Source of the DNA: Gemmatimonadaceae bacterium
GTDB taxonomy: Bacteria; Gemmatimonadota; Gemmatimonadetes; Gemmatimonadales; Gemmatimonadaceae
Reading direction: 5' to 3'
DNA length: 64,000 nucleotides
Assembly: GCA_040902005.1 (NCBI GenBank)
Contig: JBBDYA010000045.1
Location: forward strand, 90,757 to 154,756
Below, in pieces: positions 29,618 to 41,590 of the stretch; within the stretch, counting starts at the first letter, position 1; each line of letters opens with the position of its first letter. The notes below the pieces were generated by a model. It was given only the letters and a program-made list of their open reading frames with translations. It had not been told where the DNA came from and did not search any database. Position numbers and translations under genes: made by a program.

Positions 29618-31951
29618 GTGAGTAATCCGCAGCTCAGGCGCGAGCTGAGCGGCATCGCGCTCCTCCTGTTTGCCGTCTTCCTGGGCGGGGCCCTGGGTGT
29701 GGTGGGTGTCGCGGAATTGCGCGGCGGCGTGAACATCCGCGAGAATGTCGGTCCGGTCGGCTACTACCTCGCCTATCCGCTCGTGTGGCTGGTGGGCTGG
29801 CCGGCGGCATTGATGGCACCGTTGGCCCCCGCCGTGCACGCGCTGCGCGTGTTTGGACGTCTCGAATCGGCCACTGATCGCAAGTGGATGATGTTCTTCG
29901 CGGGTGTGGTGACGCTCGTGCCGATCGCCGTGGCGCTGGCGGCGAATCCGTCGCCGGGAGAGGAGTCCCGCGCTGCTGGGCTCTGGGGATCGTTCGTCGC
30001 GTACTACTGGCGTGGTTGGTTCGGCGGTTTCGGCGCGTGGCTTGCCTGGGTGTCCGCCGCGTCGGCGCTGATGGTCGCGACCCTCGCCTGGAATCCTCTT
30101 CGCGCGCTGGTGGGACGCGCCGCGGCGCCGGCCGCTGCGGTGGAGGAAACTGCACCGCGTAAGCGCGGGAAAAAGGTGGCGCTGCCCGACGCCGTGGCTG
30201 CCGCGCTCGCGCTCGAGCCGCCTCCGGAGGAAATGCCCTCCATCATGGACGCGGCGCCGTTCCCGATGGGCGCCGAGGTCGCGCCTGATGCCAGGAAGTC
30301 CCGGAAGCGGAAACCGAAGGACGAGGTTGCCGACGGCGATCGCGCAGCGGAGCCCGTGATCGCCGCGCTCGTCAGCACGCCTGACGTCATGGGCGATGAG
30401 CTGCCCGGGCCGGAATTGCTGACCAACCTGCCGGAGCGTGACCGTGCCAGCGGGGATCAGGCGCTCGATGCCATGGGCGTGAAGCTCATGGACGCGTTGC
30501 GCACGTTCCGGATTGAAGGATTGCTCGTGGGCCGCACGACGGGCCCCGCGGTCACGCAGTTCGAGATCGAGCCGGCCCCCGGCGTCAAGGTACGGCAGAT
30601 CGCGAACCTCTCGAACGACCTGGCACTCGCGATGCGCGCGGCGAGCATCCGGATCGTCGCGCCGATTCCGGGACGCGGTGCGGTCGGGGTGGAGGTGCCG
30701 AACCCCGATCCGGAAATGGTGGCGTTCCGGGAATTGATCGAGACCAAGGAATTCCGGAGCGCCCGCGCGGCGCTACCGATTGCCATTGGCAAGGACCTCG
30801 AAGGCAAGCCGGTCATATCGGACCTGGCCAAAATGCCGCACCTGCTCATCGCGGGCGCCACGGGGTCCGGCAAATCGGTATGCGTCAACACCATCGTCAC
30901 CAGCCTCATCTACCGCCACACGCCGCGCACCCTGCGGCTGCTCATGGTGGACCCGAAGATGGTCGAGCTGTCCGTGTACAACACCCTGCCGCACCTGCGG
31001 CACAAGGTGGTCACGGACAATCGCGACGCCGCGGCCGTGCTCAAATGGGCGGTGCTGGAGATGCAGGATCGCTACGAACTGCTGGCCGCGAACGCCTGCC
31101 GTAACATCCAGGACTTCAATCGTCGCGTGCAGGACAGCGCGCCGCTCAAACTGCAGAAGAACAGGGAGGTCGCGTTCGAGGATCTGGCGTACCGGGGCGG
31201 CATCCTGCCGTACATTGTCGTGGTCATCGACGAGATGGCCGACCTGATGATGACGGTGCAGGGCGAAGTCGAAACGCCGATCGCGATGCTGGCGCAGAAG
31301 GCGCGCGCCATCGGCATCCATCTCATTCTGGCCACGCAGCGCCCCAGCGTGAACGTCATCACGGGGCTGATCAAGGCGAACTTTCCCAGCCGCATCGCGT
31401 TTCGGGTCGCGTCGCAAGTGGACAGCCGGACGATCATCGACGGCGCGGGCGCGGAGAGCCTGCTGGGGAACGGCGACATGCTGTTCATTCCGCCGGGCAA
31501 GTCGGAGCCGGCACGCATGCAGGGTGCGTTCATTTCGAGCGAGGACACCGAGCGGCTCATGGCGTGGTACGATGAGCGCCGTGCCGCGAAACGAGCCGCG
31601 TTCGCCGCCCAGGGACTCATGCTCGAGGAGGCGTCGGACACCGAGGACGACATCATCGCCAAGGTGCGTGAGCGGGAGGCGCTGGACGCCAGTATCGCCG
31701 ACGGCGGCGATCCAGCGGAAGCAGGCGAACGCGACAAGCTGTTCCGCGAGGCCGCGGAAACCGTCATCCAGCACCAGCAGGGCTCGACGTCACTGCTCCA
31801 GCGGCGCCTCAAGGTGGGGTACGGCCGGGCGGCCCGGATCATCGACCAGCTGCACTCGGCCGGGGTGCTCGGCCCCCCCGACGGGTCCAAGCCGCGCGAT
31901 GTCCTGGTGGGCCTGGAGGATCTCGACCGCATCTGCGGTCCGCGCGCGTGA
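29618..31951 (+). CDS. ftsK: DNA translocase FtsK
   Basis: N-terminal TMs; MPHLLIAGATGSGKSV; DEMADLMM; LATQRPSV; gamma domain LQRRLKVGYGRAARIID. Confidence 0.95.
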   Translation: MSNPQLRRELSGIALLLFAVFLGGALGVVGVAELRGGVNIRENVGPVGYYLAYPLVWLVGWPAALMAPLAPAVHALRVFGRLESATDRKWMMFFAGVVTLVPIAVALAANPSPGEESRAAGLWGSFVAYYWRGWFGGFGAWLAWVSAASALMVATLAWNPLRALVGRAAAPAAAVEETAPRKRGKKVALPDAVAAALALEPPPEEMPSIMDAAPFPMGAEVAPDARKSRKRKPKDEVADGDRAAEPVIAALVSTPDVMGDELPGPELLTNLPERDRASGDQALDAMGVKLMDALRTFRIEGLLVGRTTGPAVTQFEIEPAPGVKVRQIANLSNDLALAMRAASIRIVAPIPGRGAVGVEVPNPDPEMVAFRELIETKEFRSARAALPIAIGKDLEGKPVISDLAKMPHLLIAGATGSGKSVCVNTIVTSLIYRHTPRTLRLLMVDPKMVELSVYNTLPHLRHKVVTDNRDAAAVLKWAVLEMQDRYELLAANACRNIQDFNRRVQDSAPLKLQKNREVAFEDLAYRGGILPYIVVVIDEMADLMMTVQGEVETPIAMLAQKARAIGIHLILATQRPSVNVITGLIKANFPSRIAFRVASQVDSRTIIDGAGAESLLGNGDMLFIPPGKSEPARMQGAFISSEDTERLMAWYDERRAAKRAAFAAQGLMLEEASDTEDDIIAKVREREALDASIADGGDPAEAGERDKLFREAAETVIQHQQGSTSLLQRRLKVGYGRAARIIDQLHSAGVLGPPDGSKPRDVLVGLEDLDRICGPRA

Positions 31952-32724
31952 CCGCGCGGCGCACGTCTGCGCTGCTGGGCGGCATGCTCGTCGCAGCCGC
32001 ATCGATGAGCGGTCGGGCACAAGACGCGCCGCAAGCGCGCACGCTGGCCATGGACAGCGCGCGGATCCAGCCTGTGTACCGCACGTACGACATGATTATC
32101 CATCGCGCCGACTCGGCCACGGTGATCGGGCAGAGCGTGGTGGCGCTGATGCCGGCCTCCCATGCAGGCGCGGACGCGTGGCGGCTGGTGGAAACACGCT
32201 CCGGAGCGGTACGCGCTGCGGACTCGCTCTGGTTCGCTCTGGACGGCAGGCCGCTGTCCTGGTCGTCCACGGTGGGGCCCGCCCAACTCACCGCGCAGTT
32301 CGTTGGGGACTCGATCTTTGGCGCGGCGACCGCCGGCCGGGCGCGAAACGACATCGTCATGGAAGGCCATCCCGACCTGCTCGTCACCGGTGCCTTTACC
32401 TCCGTAATGCTCGGATGGTTGCCGTTGAGCGAGAGTTGGAGCGATTCGGTCACCGTGCTCGAGATCGACCTGGCGAAGGCCAGCGTCATTCCCGCCGAAA
32501 TGATCGTGGCTGCGATGGAGGAACTTCTGGTGGACGCCGTCACACCACGCCCCGCCTGGGTCGTCGCGTTGCGCACGGCGCAGAGACAGTCGCTCTTCTG
32601 GGTGGACCGCGAAACGGGGGTGGTGCTCCGGATACAAGAGAATCTGCCCTCCCACATCGGCACCATGCTCGAGTACCGGATTCATCCCATCCCCCGGCTG
32701 CGCCTCCCGCGCTATTGGCCCTGA
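31948..32724 (+). CDS. Secreted hypothetical protein
   Basis: Signal peptide, beta-strand-rich; overlaps both neighbours. Confidence 0.6.
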   Translation: MTARRTSALLGGMLVAAASMSGRAQDAPQARTLAMDSARIQPVYRTYDMIIHRADSATVIGQSVVALMPASHAGADAWRLVETRSGAVRAADSLWFALDGRPLSWSSTVGPAQLTAQFVGDSIFGAATAGRARNDIVMEGHPDLLVTGAFTSVMLGWLPLSESWSDSVTVLEIDLAKASVIPAEMIVAAMEELLVDAVTPRPAWVVALRTAQRQSLFWVDRETGVVLRIQENLPSHIGTMLEYRIHPIPRLRLPRYWP

Positions 32725-33479
32725 TGGGCAATCCTCTCCTGGACCCGAACGCACGCCTGGTGGTCGCCCATCGCGGCAACGCGGTGCGCGCGCCCGAGAA
32801 TACCATCGACGCGTTGCGGGAAGCGGTTGACCTTGGCGCCGATGCCCTCGAGTTCGACGTCAGAATGACACGCGACGGCGTGCCTGTACTCCTCCACGAT
32901 GCCGAACTCGATCGGACGACGGACCGGCGCGGTCGATTGTCCGACTGGTCCCTGGCGGACGTGCAGGAGCTGAACGCGGGCGCGCGATTCCCCCATCGTG
33001 CCGGCGCGCCCGCCCGCATACCGTCTCTGGAGGAAGTGCTTGACACGTTTCGCGACCTTCCGCTCATCATCGAGGTGAAGGAGCTGGCGGCGGTGGACGC
33101 CACGGAGCGCCTTATCAGGCGGTTTGGCGCACAGGAGCACGTCGTAGTTGGATCACTGGAGGCGGATGTTTCCGCCCGCTTCTACCGGTCCGGTCTCGCC
33201 TGCTGCGCGAGCGTGACGGACGCAATGCGATTACTGCCCGTGGCGCTCCTGGGGTGGACACCGTCGCGACCGGCGTTCCAGGTACTCTCGCTGACGCCGC
33301 GATACTACGGCGCTCCCGTGCCGATCGCGCGCATGGTGGCCGCTGCCCGGCGGGCGGGCATTGCCACCCACGTGTGGACGGTCAACGACCCGGCGGAGGC
33401 GTTGCGCCTCTGGGAGGCAGGCGTGGCCGGCATTCTCACCGACGATCCACAGGCAATACTAGGCGCTAGGCGGCGATGA
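32724..33479 (+). CDS. Glycerophosphodiester phosphodiesterase
   Basis: VAHRG, APENT, LEFDV, LLHD, WTVND, GILTD; ATG 32724. Confidence 0.9.
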   Translation: MGNPLLDPNARLVVAHRGNAVRAPENTIDALREAVDLGADALEFDVRMTRDGVPVLLHDAELDRTTDRRGRLSDWSLADVQELNAGARFPHRAGAPARIPSLEEVLDTFRDLPLIIEVKELAAVDATERLIRRFGAQEHVVVGSLEADVSARFYRSGLACCASVTDAMRLLPVALLGWTPSRPAFQVLSLTPRYYGAPVPIARMVAAARRAGIATHVWTVNDPAEALRLWEAGVAGILTDDPQAILGARRR

Positions 33480-33521
33480 ATTGGTGACGGAGCAGGGGCG
33501 CTCCGGCGCTACACTGCCCCC

Positions 33522-33896
33522 ATGTCAGCGGCCAGGCAGGCATTTGGTGAGCTTGGAGAGCGTATCGCGGAACGGTGGCTCCGGCGGCGAGGCTGGAGGG
33601 TAGTCCAGCGCCGGTTTCGGAATGGGCGCCGGGACATCGATTTGGTGGTCGAGCGGGATTGCACCGTCGCCTTCGTCGAGGTCAAAGCTCGGAAAGGCAC
33701 GGAATTCGGAGGTCCGGTTCAGGCTGTTAACTGGCGCAAACGCAAAGAGTTACAGCGTTCAGCCATGGTCTGGATCGACCGCCACGGTCGGAAGGCGGAC
33801 TCTTACAGGTTCGATGTGGTCGGCGTGCTGCTCAATGGCGCCGAAGTTTGGGTCTGCCACGTCGAAAACGCCTTTGACCTCGCAAATTCCGCTTGA
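33522..33896 (+). CDS. yraN: YraN family (UPF0102) putative nuclease
   Basis: GELGERIA, DIDLV, FVEVKAR, YRFDVV. Confidence 0.88.
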   Translation: MSAARQAFGELGERIAERWLRRRGWRVVQRRFRNGRRDIDLVVERDCTVAFVEVKARKGTEFGGPVQAVNWRKRKELQRSAMVWIDRHGRKADSYRFDVVGVLLNGAEVWVCHVENAFDLANSA

Positions 33897-34010
33897 TTAA
33901 TCTCGCGCGCTTCGTATTTTCTTCGGGTACCGGATTGCGGGCTATGCGCGGTGCGTCTAGCCAGCCAGGCCATCAGGGCGGACCTTTCACAAACAGGGTG
34001 GGCGACGACC

Positions 34011-35051
34011 ATGGCTGTTTCATCCATTATGGACGACAAGAAGAAAGCGCTGAACCTGGCCATCGCGCAGATCGAGAAGAGTTGCGGCAAGGGCTCGATC
34101 ATGCGACTCGGTGCGGACAACAAGGTTCGCGTCGAGGCGATCCCCACGGGTGCGATCAATCTCGATGCGGCGATCGGCGTGGGCGGCATTCCGCGCGGAC
34201 GCGTCACCGAGATTTACGGGCCCGAGTCCAGCGGGAAGACGACGCTGACGCTCCATGTCGTTGCCAATGCGCAGCGACAGGGCGGCGTGGCCGCCTTCAT
34301 CGACGCCGAGCATGCGCTGGACATCGAATACGCGCGCAAGCTGGGCGTGGACGTGGACGCGCTGCTGATCTCCCAGCCGGATACCGGGGAGCAGGCGCTC
34401 GAGATCTGCGAGATCCTCGTGCGCTCGGGCGCGGTTGACGTTGTCGTGATCGATTCGGTCGCCGCGCTCGTGCCCAAGGCGGAGATCGAAGGCGACATGG
34501 GCGACAGCCACGTGGGCCTTCAGGCGCGGCTGATGAGTCAGGCGCTCCGCAAGCTCACGGGCGCCATCGCGCGGTCCCGGACGTCGGTGGTCTTCATCAA
34601 CCAGTTGCGCGAGAAGATCGGCGTCATGTTCGGGAATCCCGAAACGACGACCGGTGGCAAGGCGCTGAAGTTCTACGCGTCACTGCGACTCGACATCCGG
34701 CGCATCGGCCCGGTCAAGGACAAGGAGGAGGTGGTGGGCTCGCACGTCCGCGTGAAGGTGGTGAAGAACAAGGTGGCGGCTCCGTTCCGCCAGGCCGAGT
34801 TCGACATCATGTATGCGGAGGGCATCAGCCACACGTCGCTCCTGGTCGATATCGGCGCCGAGGCGAACATCATCGAGAAGTCGGGTGCGTGGTACAGCTA
34901 CAACGGACAGAAGATCGGGCAGGGGCGTGAGAATGCGAAGCTGTACCTCAAGGACAATCCGGCACTGCTGGCGGAGATCGAGGAGCGGGTGAAGGGCATT
35001 CTCGGGATGACGGCCAAACCGGAGGTCGAGGAAGTCGCCGAGGAGGAATAG
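34011..35051 (+). CDS. recA: Recombinase A
   Basis: [43 protein letters not shown]. Confidence 0.98.
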   Translation: MAVSSIMDDKKKALNLAIAQIEKSCGKGSIMRLGADNKVRVEAIPTGAINLDAAIGVGGIPRGRVTEIYGPESSGKTTLTLHVVANAQRQGGVAAFIDAEHALDIEYARKLGVDVDALLISQPDTGEQALEICEILVRSGAVDVVVIDSVAALVPKAEIEGDMGDSHVGLQARLMSQALRKLTGAIARSRTSVVFINQLREKIGVMFGNPETTTGGKALKFYASLRLDIRRIGPVKDKEEVVGSHVRVKVVKNKVAAPFRQAEFDIMYAEGISHTSLLVDIGAEANIIEKSGAWYSYNGQKIGQGRENAKLYLKDNPALLAEIEERVKGILGMTAKPEVEEVAEEE

Positions 35052-35072
35052 CGATTGAAGAACGCCTGTTCC

Positions 35073-35151
35073 AAGCCGGGGAGAGGCACTCTGGACATGA
35101 TGGGACCCGGAAACTCCCATGATGTACAGAGCGTCGCTCCCCGGCTTTTTT
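35073..35151 (+). terminator. Long stem-loop plus U-tract between recA and recX
   Basis: AAGCCGGGGAG..CTCTG.ACAT.ATGGGA / TCCCAT.ATGT.CAGAG..CTCCCCGGCTT then TTTT. Confidence 0.7.
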
Positions 35152-35166
35152 CGTCCTGAGCCGCCG

Positions 35167-35661
35167 ATGTCCAGACTCGAGTCCACCCCATACGATCAGG
35201 CCTTGCACCTGCTCGCGTTCCGCGCCCGCTCCGAGGCCGAGCTTCGCCATCGGCTGATGCAGATGGCGCGGGGTTCAGGCGGGGACGCAGCGGCGGTGGA
35301 GGACGCGATCCTCCGCCTGCGCGAGCAGAAGGTGCTGGACGACGAGGACTTTGCGCGGCAGTTCGCCCGGCACAAGCTGGCGGGCGCACGCGCCTCGCGC
35401 CGCCGGATTGTGCAGGAACTGGCGCGCAAGGGCATCCCGCGTGACGTCGCAGACCGGGCCATCGCTGACGTGACCGAGAACGAGGCCGTGGATCCGGCGG
35501 CTGCCGCGCACCGTGCGGCGGCGAAGAAATGGAAGTCGCTGTCGTCCCTCGACGAGCCAACCCGACGGCGTCGGGTGTACGCGTTCCTCGCGCGCCGCGG
35601 ATTCGATGCCGACGAGATCCGAGCGGTGCTGGCAGAATTGGGCGTGGAGACCGACACGTAG
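35167..35661 (+). CDS. recX: Regulatory protein RecX
   Basis: ALHLLAFRARSEAELR, LDDEDFA, ELARKGI, FLARRGF; follows recA. Confidence 0.9.
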   Translation: MSRLESTPYDQALHLLAFRARSEAELRHRLMQMARGSGGDAAAVEDAILRLREQKVLDDEDFARQFARHKLAGARASRRRIVQELARKGIPRDVADRAIADVTENEAVDPAAAAHRAAAKKWKSLSSLDEPTRRRRVYAFLARRGFDADEIRAVLAELGVETDT

Positions 35662-35666
35662 GCGCG

Positions 35667-35695
35667 TTGGGGAAAGCGCGGCCCGTCCGTATATT
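35667..35695 (+). promoter_or_regulatory. Putative leaderless promoter of alaS
   Basis: TTGGGG-17 nt-TATATT, 7 nt before ATG 35703; no SD. Confidence 0.5.
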
Positions 35696-35702
35696 GCCGC
35701 AT

Positions 35703-38488
<2,786 letters not shown>

Positions 38489-38492
<4 letters not shown>

Positions 38493-38815
38493 CGGTCGCT
38501 GACTGGATCGCCAGCCGCTCGCCGCAGGTGCCAGAGGCCCTTCGCCTCAGGATCATGACGGCCCTGGGCGACGCGTCGGACGATTCGCAGGAGCGCACCG
38601 CGGACGCCTGTTTTGCCGCCGCGACCCGACTGCTGGAGGGCCTTCTTGGCGAACGCCGCTTCGACCGCAGTGGAGCCATCGATCTGCTCACGGTGGACGC
38701 GCTGGTGACCTATGCCTGCGATCATGCCAGTGCATGCCGGAGCGCGTCGGAACTCGCGGCGTTTGTCAGACAGGGGCGTGGGACGATCAGTCACCTCGCG
38801 ACCGCCCGTGTCTGA
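38489..38815 (+). CDS. Hypothetical protein
   Basis: 108 aa helical ORF overlapping the alaS stop and gmhA start; motif AIDLLTVDALVTYA. Confidence 0.6.
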
Positions 38816-39371
38816 CCGATTCGGCACGCCTCTCCGCGAGCTGGCGGACGTGGCGCAGCGAGCCGTCGCGGAGCTCGGTCCCGATCTCGAGCGCGCCTTC
38901 ACGATGGTCCGCGACACAGTCCAGCGCGGCGGCACCCTGTTTTTTTGCGGGAACGGCGGAAGCGCCGCGGACGCACAGCACATCGCCACCGAATACGTCG
39001 TGCGCTACCGGAGGAAGCGCCGCGCCTGCGCCGCAATCGCGCTGACGACGGACACGTCGCTGCTCACTGCCGCGGGAAACGATCTCGGCTTCGAGGAGGT
39101 GTTCGCGCGTCAGGTAGAAGCGCTCTGCAAGCCGGGGGACCTGCTCGTGATTCACACGACGAGCGGTAATTCCGCGAATCTGGTGCGGGCGGCCGAAGCG
39201 GCCCGCGACAAGCACGTGGACGTGCTGGCGATGAGTGCGCGCGATGGGGGCAGGCTGCTGGCACTCGCCACTCATACGGTGGTCATCCCCACCGATCGCA
39301 CGGACAGGGCACAGGAACTTCAGCTGTGCATCCAGCACGCCATCTGCGACGCCGTGGAGCAGGAGCTGTGA
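38808..39371 (+). CDS. gmhA: Phosphoheptose isomerase GmhA (SIS domain)
   Basis: CGNGGSAADAQH, TAAGNDLGFEEVFARQ, TSGNS; GTG 38808. Confidence 0.85.
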   Translation: MSDRFGTPLRELADVAQRAVAELGPDLERAFTMVRDTVQRGGTLFFCGNGGSAADAQHIATEYVVRYRRKRRACAAIALTTDTSLLTAAGNDLGFEEVFARQVEALCKPGDLLVIHTTSGNSANLVRAAEAARDKHVDVLAMSARDGGRLLALATHTVVIPTDRTDRAQELQLCIQHAICDAVEQEL

Positions 39372-40123
39372 AGTCGCTCGCCGGCAAGCGCGCGCTGGTG
39401 ACGGGCGGGTCCCGCGGCATCGGTGCCGCGACCGCGCTTCTCCTCGCGGAGTGGGGCGCACACGTGGCGGTTGGGTATCGTTCTCGGCGCGACGACGCCG
39501 AGGCGGTCGCCGAGCAGGCTCGCGCGTGTGGCGTCACCTCTGCGGCGATCGCCGCGGACATTTCCGCGGCGGAGGGCGCGGATGCGCTCGTCCGAACGGC
39601 CGTCGCCCGCCTCGGCGGGCTGGATCTGTTTGTCGGCAACTCAGGCATCTGGATCGTCGACGAGGTGCCGGTGGCGGAAATGACAGACGACCAGTGGCAT
39701 CGCACGCTGCGGCAGAACCTGGACTCGATGTTCTTCACGGCCCGGGCGGCGTCCCGCGTGATCTCGGACCATGGCCGGATGGTGCTTGTGGCCAGCACCG
39801 CCGGGCAGCGCGGCGAGGCGAACCATGCGGATTACGCCGCGTCCAAGGGCGCGATGATCGCGTTCGTGAAATCGATGTGCGTCGAGTTGGCCGGGCGTGA
39901 CGTCACCGTGAACGGTGTCGCGCCCGGCTGGGTCGATACGGAGATGGCGGCATTGCCCTATCGAGATGGCGGGCGCGAACGCATTGCCCGGACTATTCCG
40001 CTCGGCCGGGTTGCCGACCCGATGGACATAGCCGGCCCGATTGCGTTTCTCTGCTCGGATCTCGCCAGGCACATCACCGGCGAGATCGTGAATGTGAACG
40101 GCGGTAGCGTGCTCTGCGGATGA
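39368..40123 (+). CDS. SDR family oxidoreductase (FabG-like)
   Basis: TGGSRGIG, YAASK, VAPGWVDT, ITGEIVNVNGG. Confidence 0.88.
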   Translation: MKSLAGKRALVTGGSRGIGAATALLLAEWGAHVAVGYRSRRDDAEAVAEQARACGVTSAAIAADISAAEGADALVRTAVARLGGLDLFVGNSGIWIVDEVPVAEMTDDQWHRTLRQNLDSMFFTARAASRVISDHGRMVLVASTAGQRGEANHADYAASKGAMIAFVKSMCVELAGRDVTVNGVAPGWVDTEMAALPYRDGGRERIARTIPLGRVADPMDIAGPIAFLCSDLARHITGEIVNVNGGSVLCG

Positions 40124-41079
40124 TCGTTCTCATCTTCACCGGTGGGACGATCTCGATGCGCCACGATGCCTCCGCTGGCGGCGCCGTCCCGGCGCTCGCG
40201 GGGCGCGACATACTCGCGCTGGTGCCGCAGTTGAATGAGATCGCGGTCCTCGAGGTGGACGAGTTCGGTGCCTTTCCCGGTCCGCACATGAGCATCGAGC
40301 GCATGTGGGACCTGCGCAACCGGATCGCGCATCATGTCACGCGTCCGGAAGTTCGCGGCATCGTGATCACGCATGGGACGGACTCGCTCGAGGAGTCCGC
40401 CTACTTGTGCGCCCGAACACTCGCCACCGACAAGCCGATCGTGTTCACGGGTGCGATGCGCACCGCCAGCGACATCGGATGGGATGGCCCGGCGAACATC
40501 GGCGCGGCCGTCCGGGTTGCGGCGAGCGATGATGCGCGCGGCTTCGGGGTACTCGTGGTCATGAGCGATCGCATCTATGCGGGGCTCGACGTGACGAAGG
40601 CGCACACGCACCTGCTGGATGCGTTCGAGAGCCCGGGGCTCGGCCCCCTCGGCGTGGTGGATGATGGACGTGTCGTCTTCCGTCGCGCGATGCCATCCCC
40701 GAGCGACCGGTCGGACGCCCTCCGGCTCGGGGGGCCGGTCGACATCGTCTACGCGTATGCGGGCGCCGATGCCCGGCTGCTGGACGCCGCGCGAGTGGAG
40801 GGGCAGGGCGTCGTGGTGGCGGCGATGGGTCGCGGAAATGTGCCGCCCGCCATGGTGCCGGGTATCGAGCGCTGGCTCGCGGCCGACAAGCCCGTCGTTC
40901 TGGCCTCTCGGGCGCCACGCGGGCGCGTGGGACATACTTACGGCTACTACGGTGGCGGGCGGCGGCTGTACGACCTGGGCGTCATCTTCGCCGGCAGCAG
41001 GCGCCCGCAGCAGGCGCGCATCGATCTCCTGCTGGCGCTCGGGTCGGGCGCGGACCTTCGCGACGTTTTCGAGCCGTAA
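40120..41079 (+). CDS. L-asparaginase
   Basis: FTGGTISM, THGTDSLEE, TGAMR, DGPAN. Confidence 0.9.
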   Translation: MIVLIFTGGTISMRHDASAGGAVPALAGRDILALVPQLNEIAVLEVDEFGAFPGPHMSIERMWDLRNRIAHHVTRPEVRGIVITHGTDSLEESAYLCARTLATDKPIVFTGAMRTASDIGWDGPANIGAAVRVAASDDARGFGVLVVMSDRIYAGLDVTKAHTHLLDAFESPGLGPLGVVDDGRVVFRRAMPSPSDRSDALRLGGPVDIVYAYAGADARLLDAARVEGQGVVVAAMGRGNVPPAMVPGIERWLAADKPVVLASRAPRGRVGHTYGYYGGGRRLYDLGVIFAGSRRPQQARIDLLLALGSGADLRDVFEP

Positions 41080-41094
41080 GGGCTTGGTGCGGAG

Positions 41095-41493
41095 TCAGTT
41101 GGGGAGCGCCCGGCGATCCCATTGCTGGAAGCAGCGCCAATCGAATTCGTGGGCGGCGCGCCTCTGGTCGGGAAAGCCGAAATAGTCCACGTACCCTTCG
41201 CTCTCGGCGCGCCAGCGGCAATCCCAGACGAAGTCGAAGACATGCGGGCCGGTGCTGGTGTGCACCTCGACCGATCCCCTGAAGTCGGAGCAGCCGGACG
41301 AACCCCTGATCACCACATGCTGGATCCCGAGACCCGATTCCTGATTCAGGAGCTGTGTCAACAGCCGACGCACTTTGATCGGCGGAACGTAGTTTTCGAC
41401 CTTCAGCAGCTCGGTATGACTGCCAGCCAGGAACGACGCGACAGCAGTCTTGAAGTCGGGGGTGGCGCGGGAGCTTTGCAGCAGAGTGTCCAT
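41095..41493 (-). CDS. Hypothetical protein (Cys/Trp/aromatic-rich)
   Basis: 132 aa ORF filling the gap; SGCSDF, WDCRWRA, DYFGFPDQ, WRCF. Confidence 0.65.
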   Translation of the reverse strand: MDTLLQSSRATPDFKTAVASFLAGSHTELLKVENYVPPIKVRRLLTQLLNQESGLGIQHVVIRGSSGCSDFRGSVEVHTSTGPHVFDFVWDCRWRAESEGYVDYFGFPDQRRAAHEFDWRCFQQWDRRALPN

Positions 41494-41590
41494 GTGTTCA
41501 GGAAGGCCGTGAAGTCAGGTGAGCTGAAATAGCTGAAGTCATTGCAGGTCAACGCAATATCGCGAGTAATCAACGCGGCTGGAAGCCCGG

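Noticed and set aside
33890..34010. SOS (LexA) box upstream of recA
   Set aside because: A weak TTGATT-16 nt-TATTTT promoter is possible, but I could not match a known LexA box with confidence.
39368..40123. SDR as the sphingoid base reductase of the lipid cluster
   Set aside because: It lies 7 kb away in the alaS-gmhA run and is a generic FabG-like sequence. The adjacent 47333 enzyme is the better candidate.
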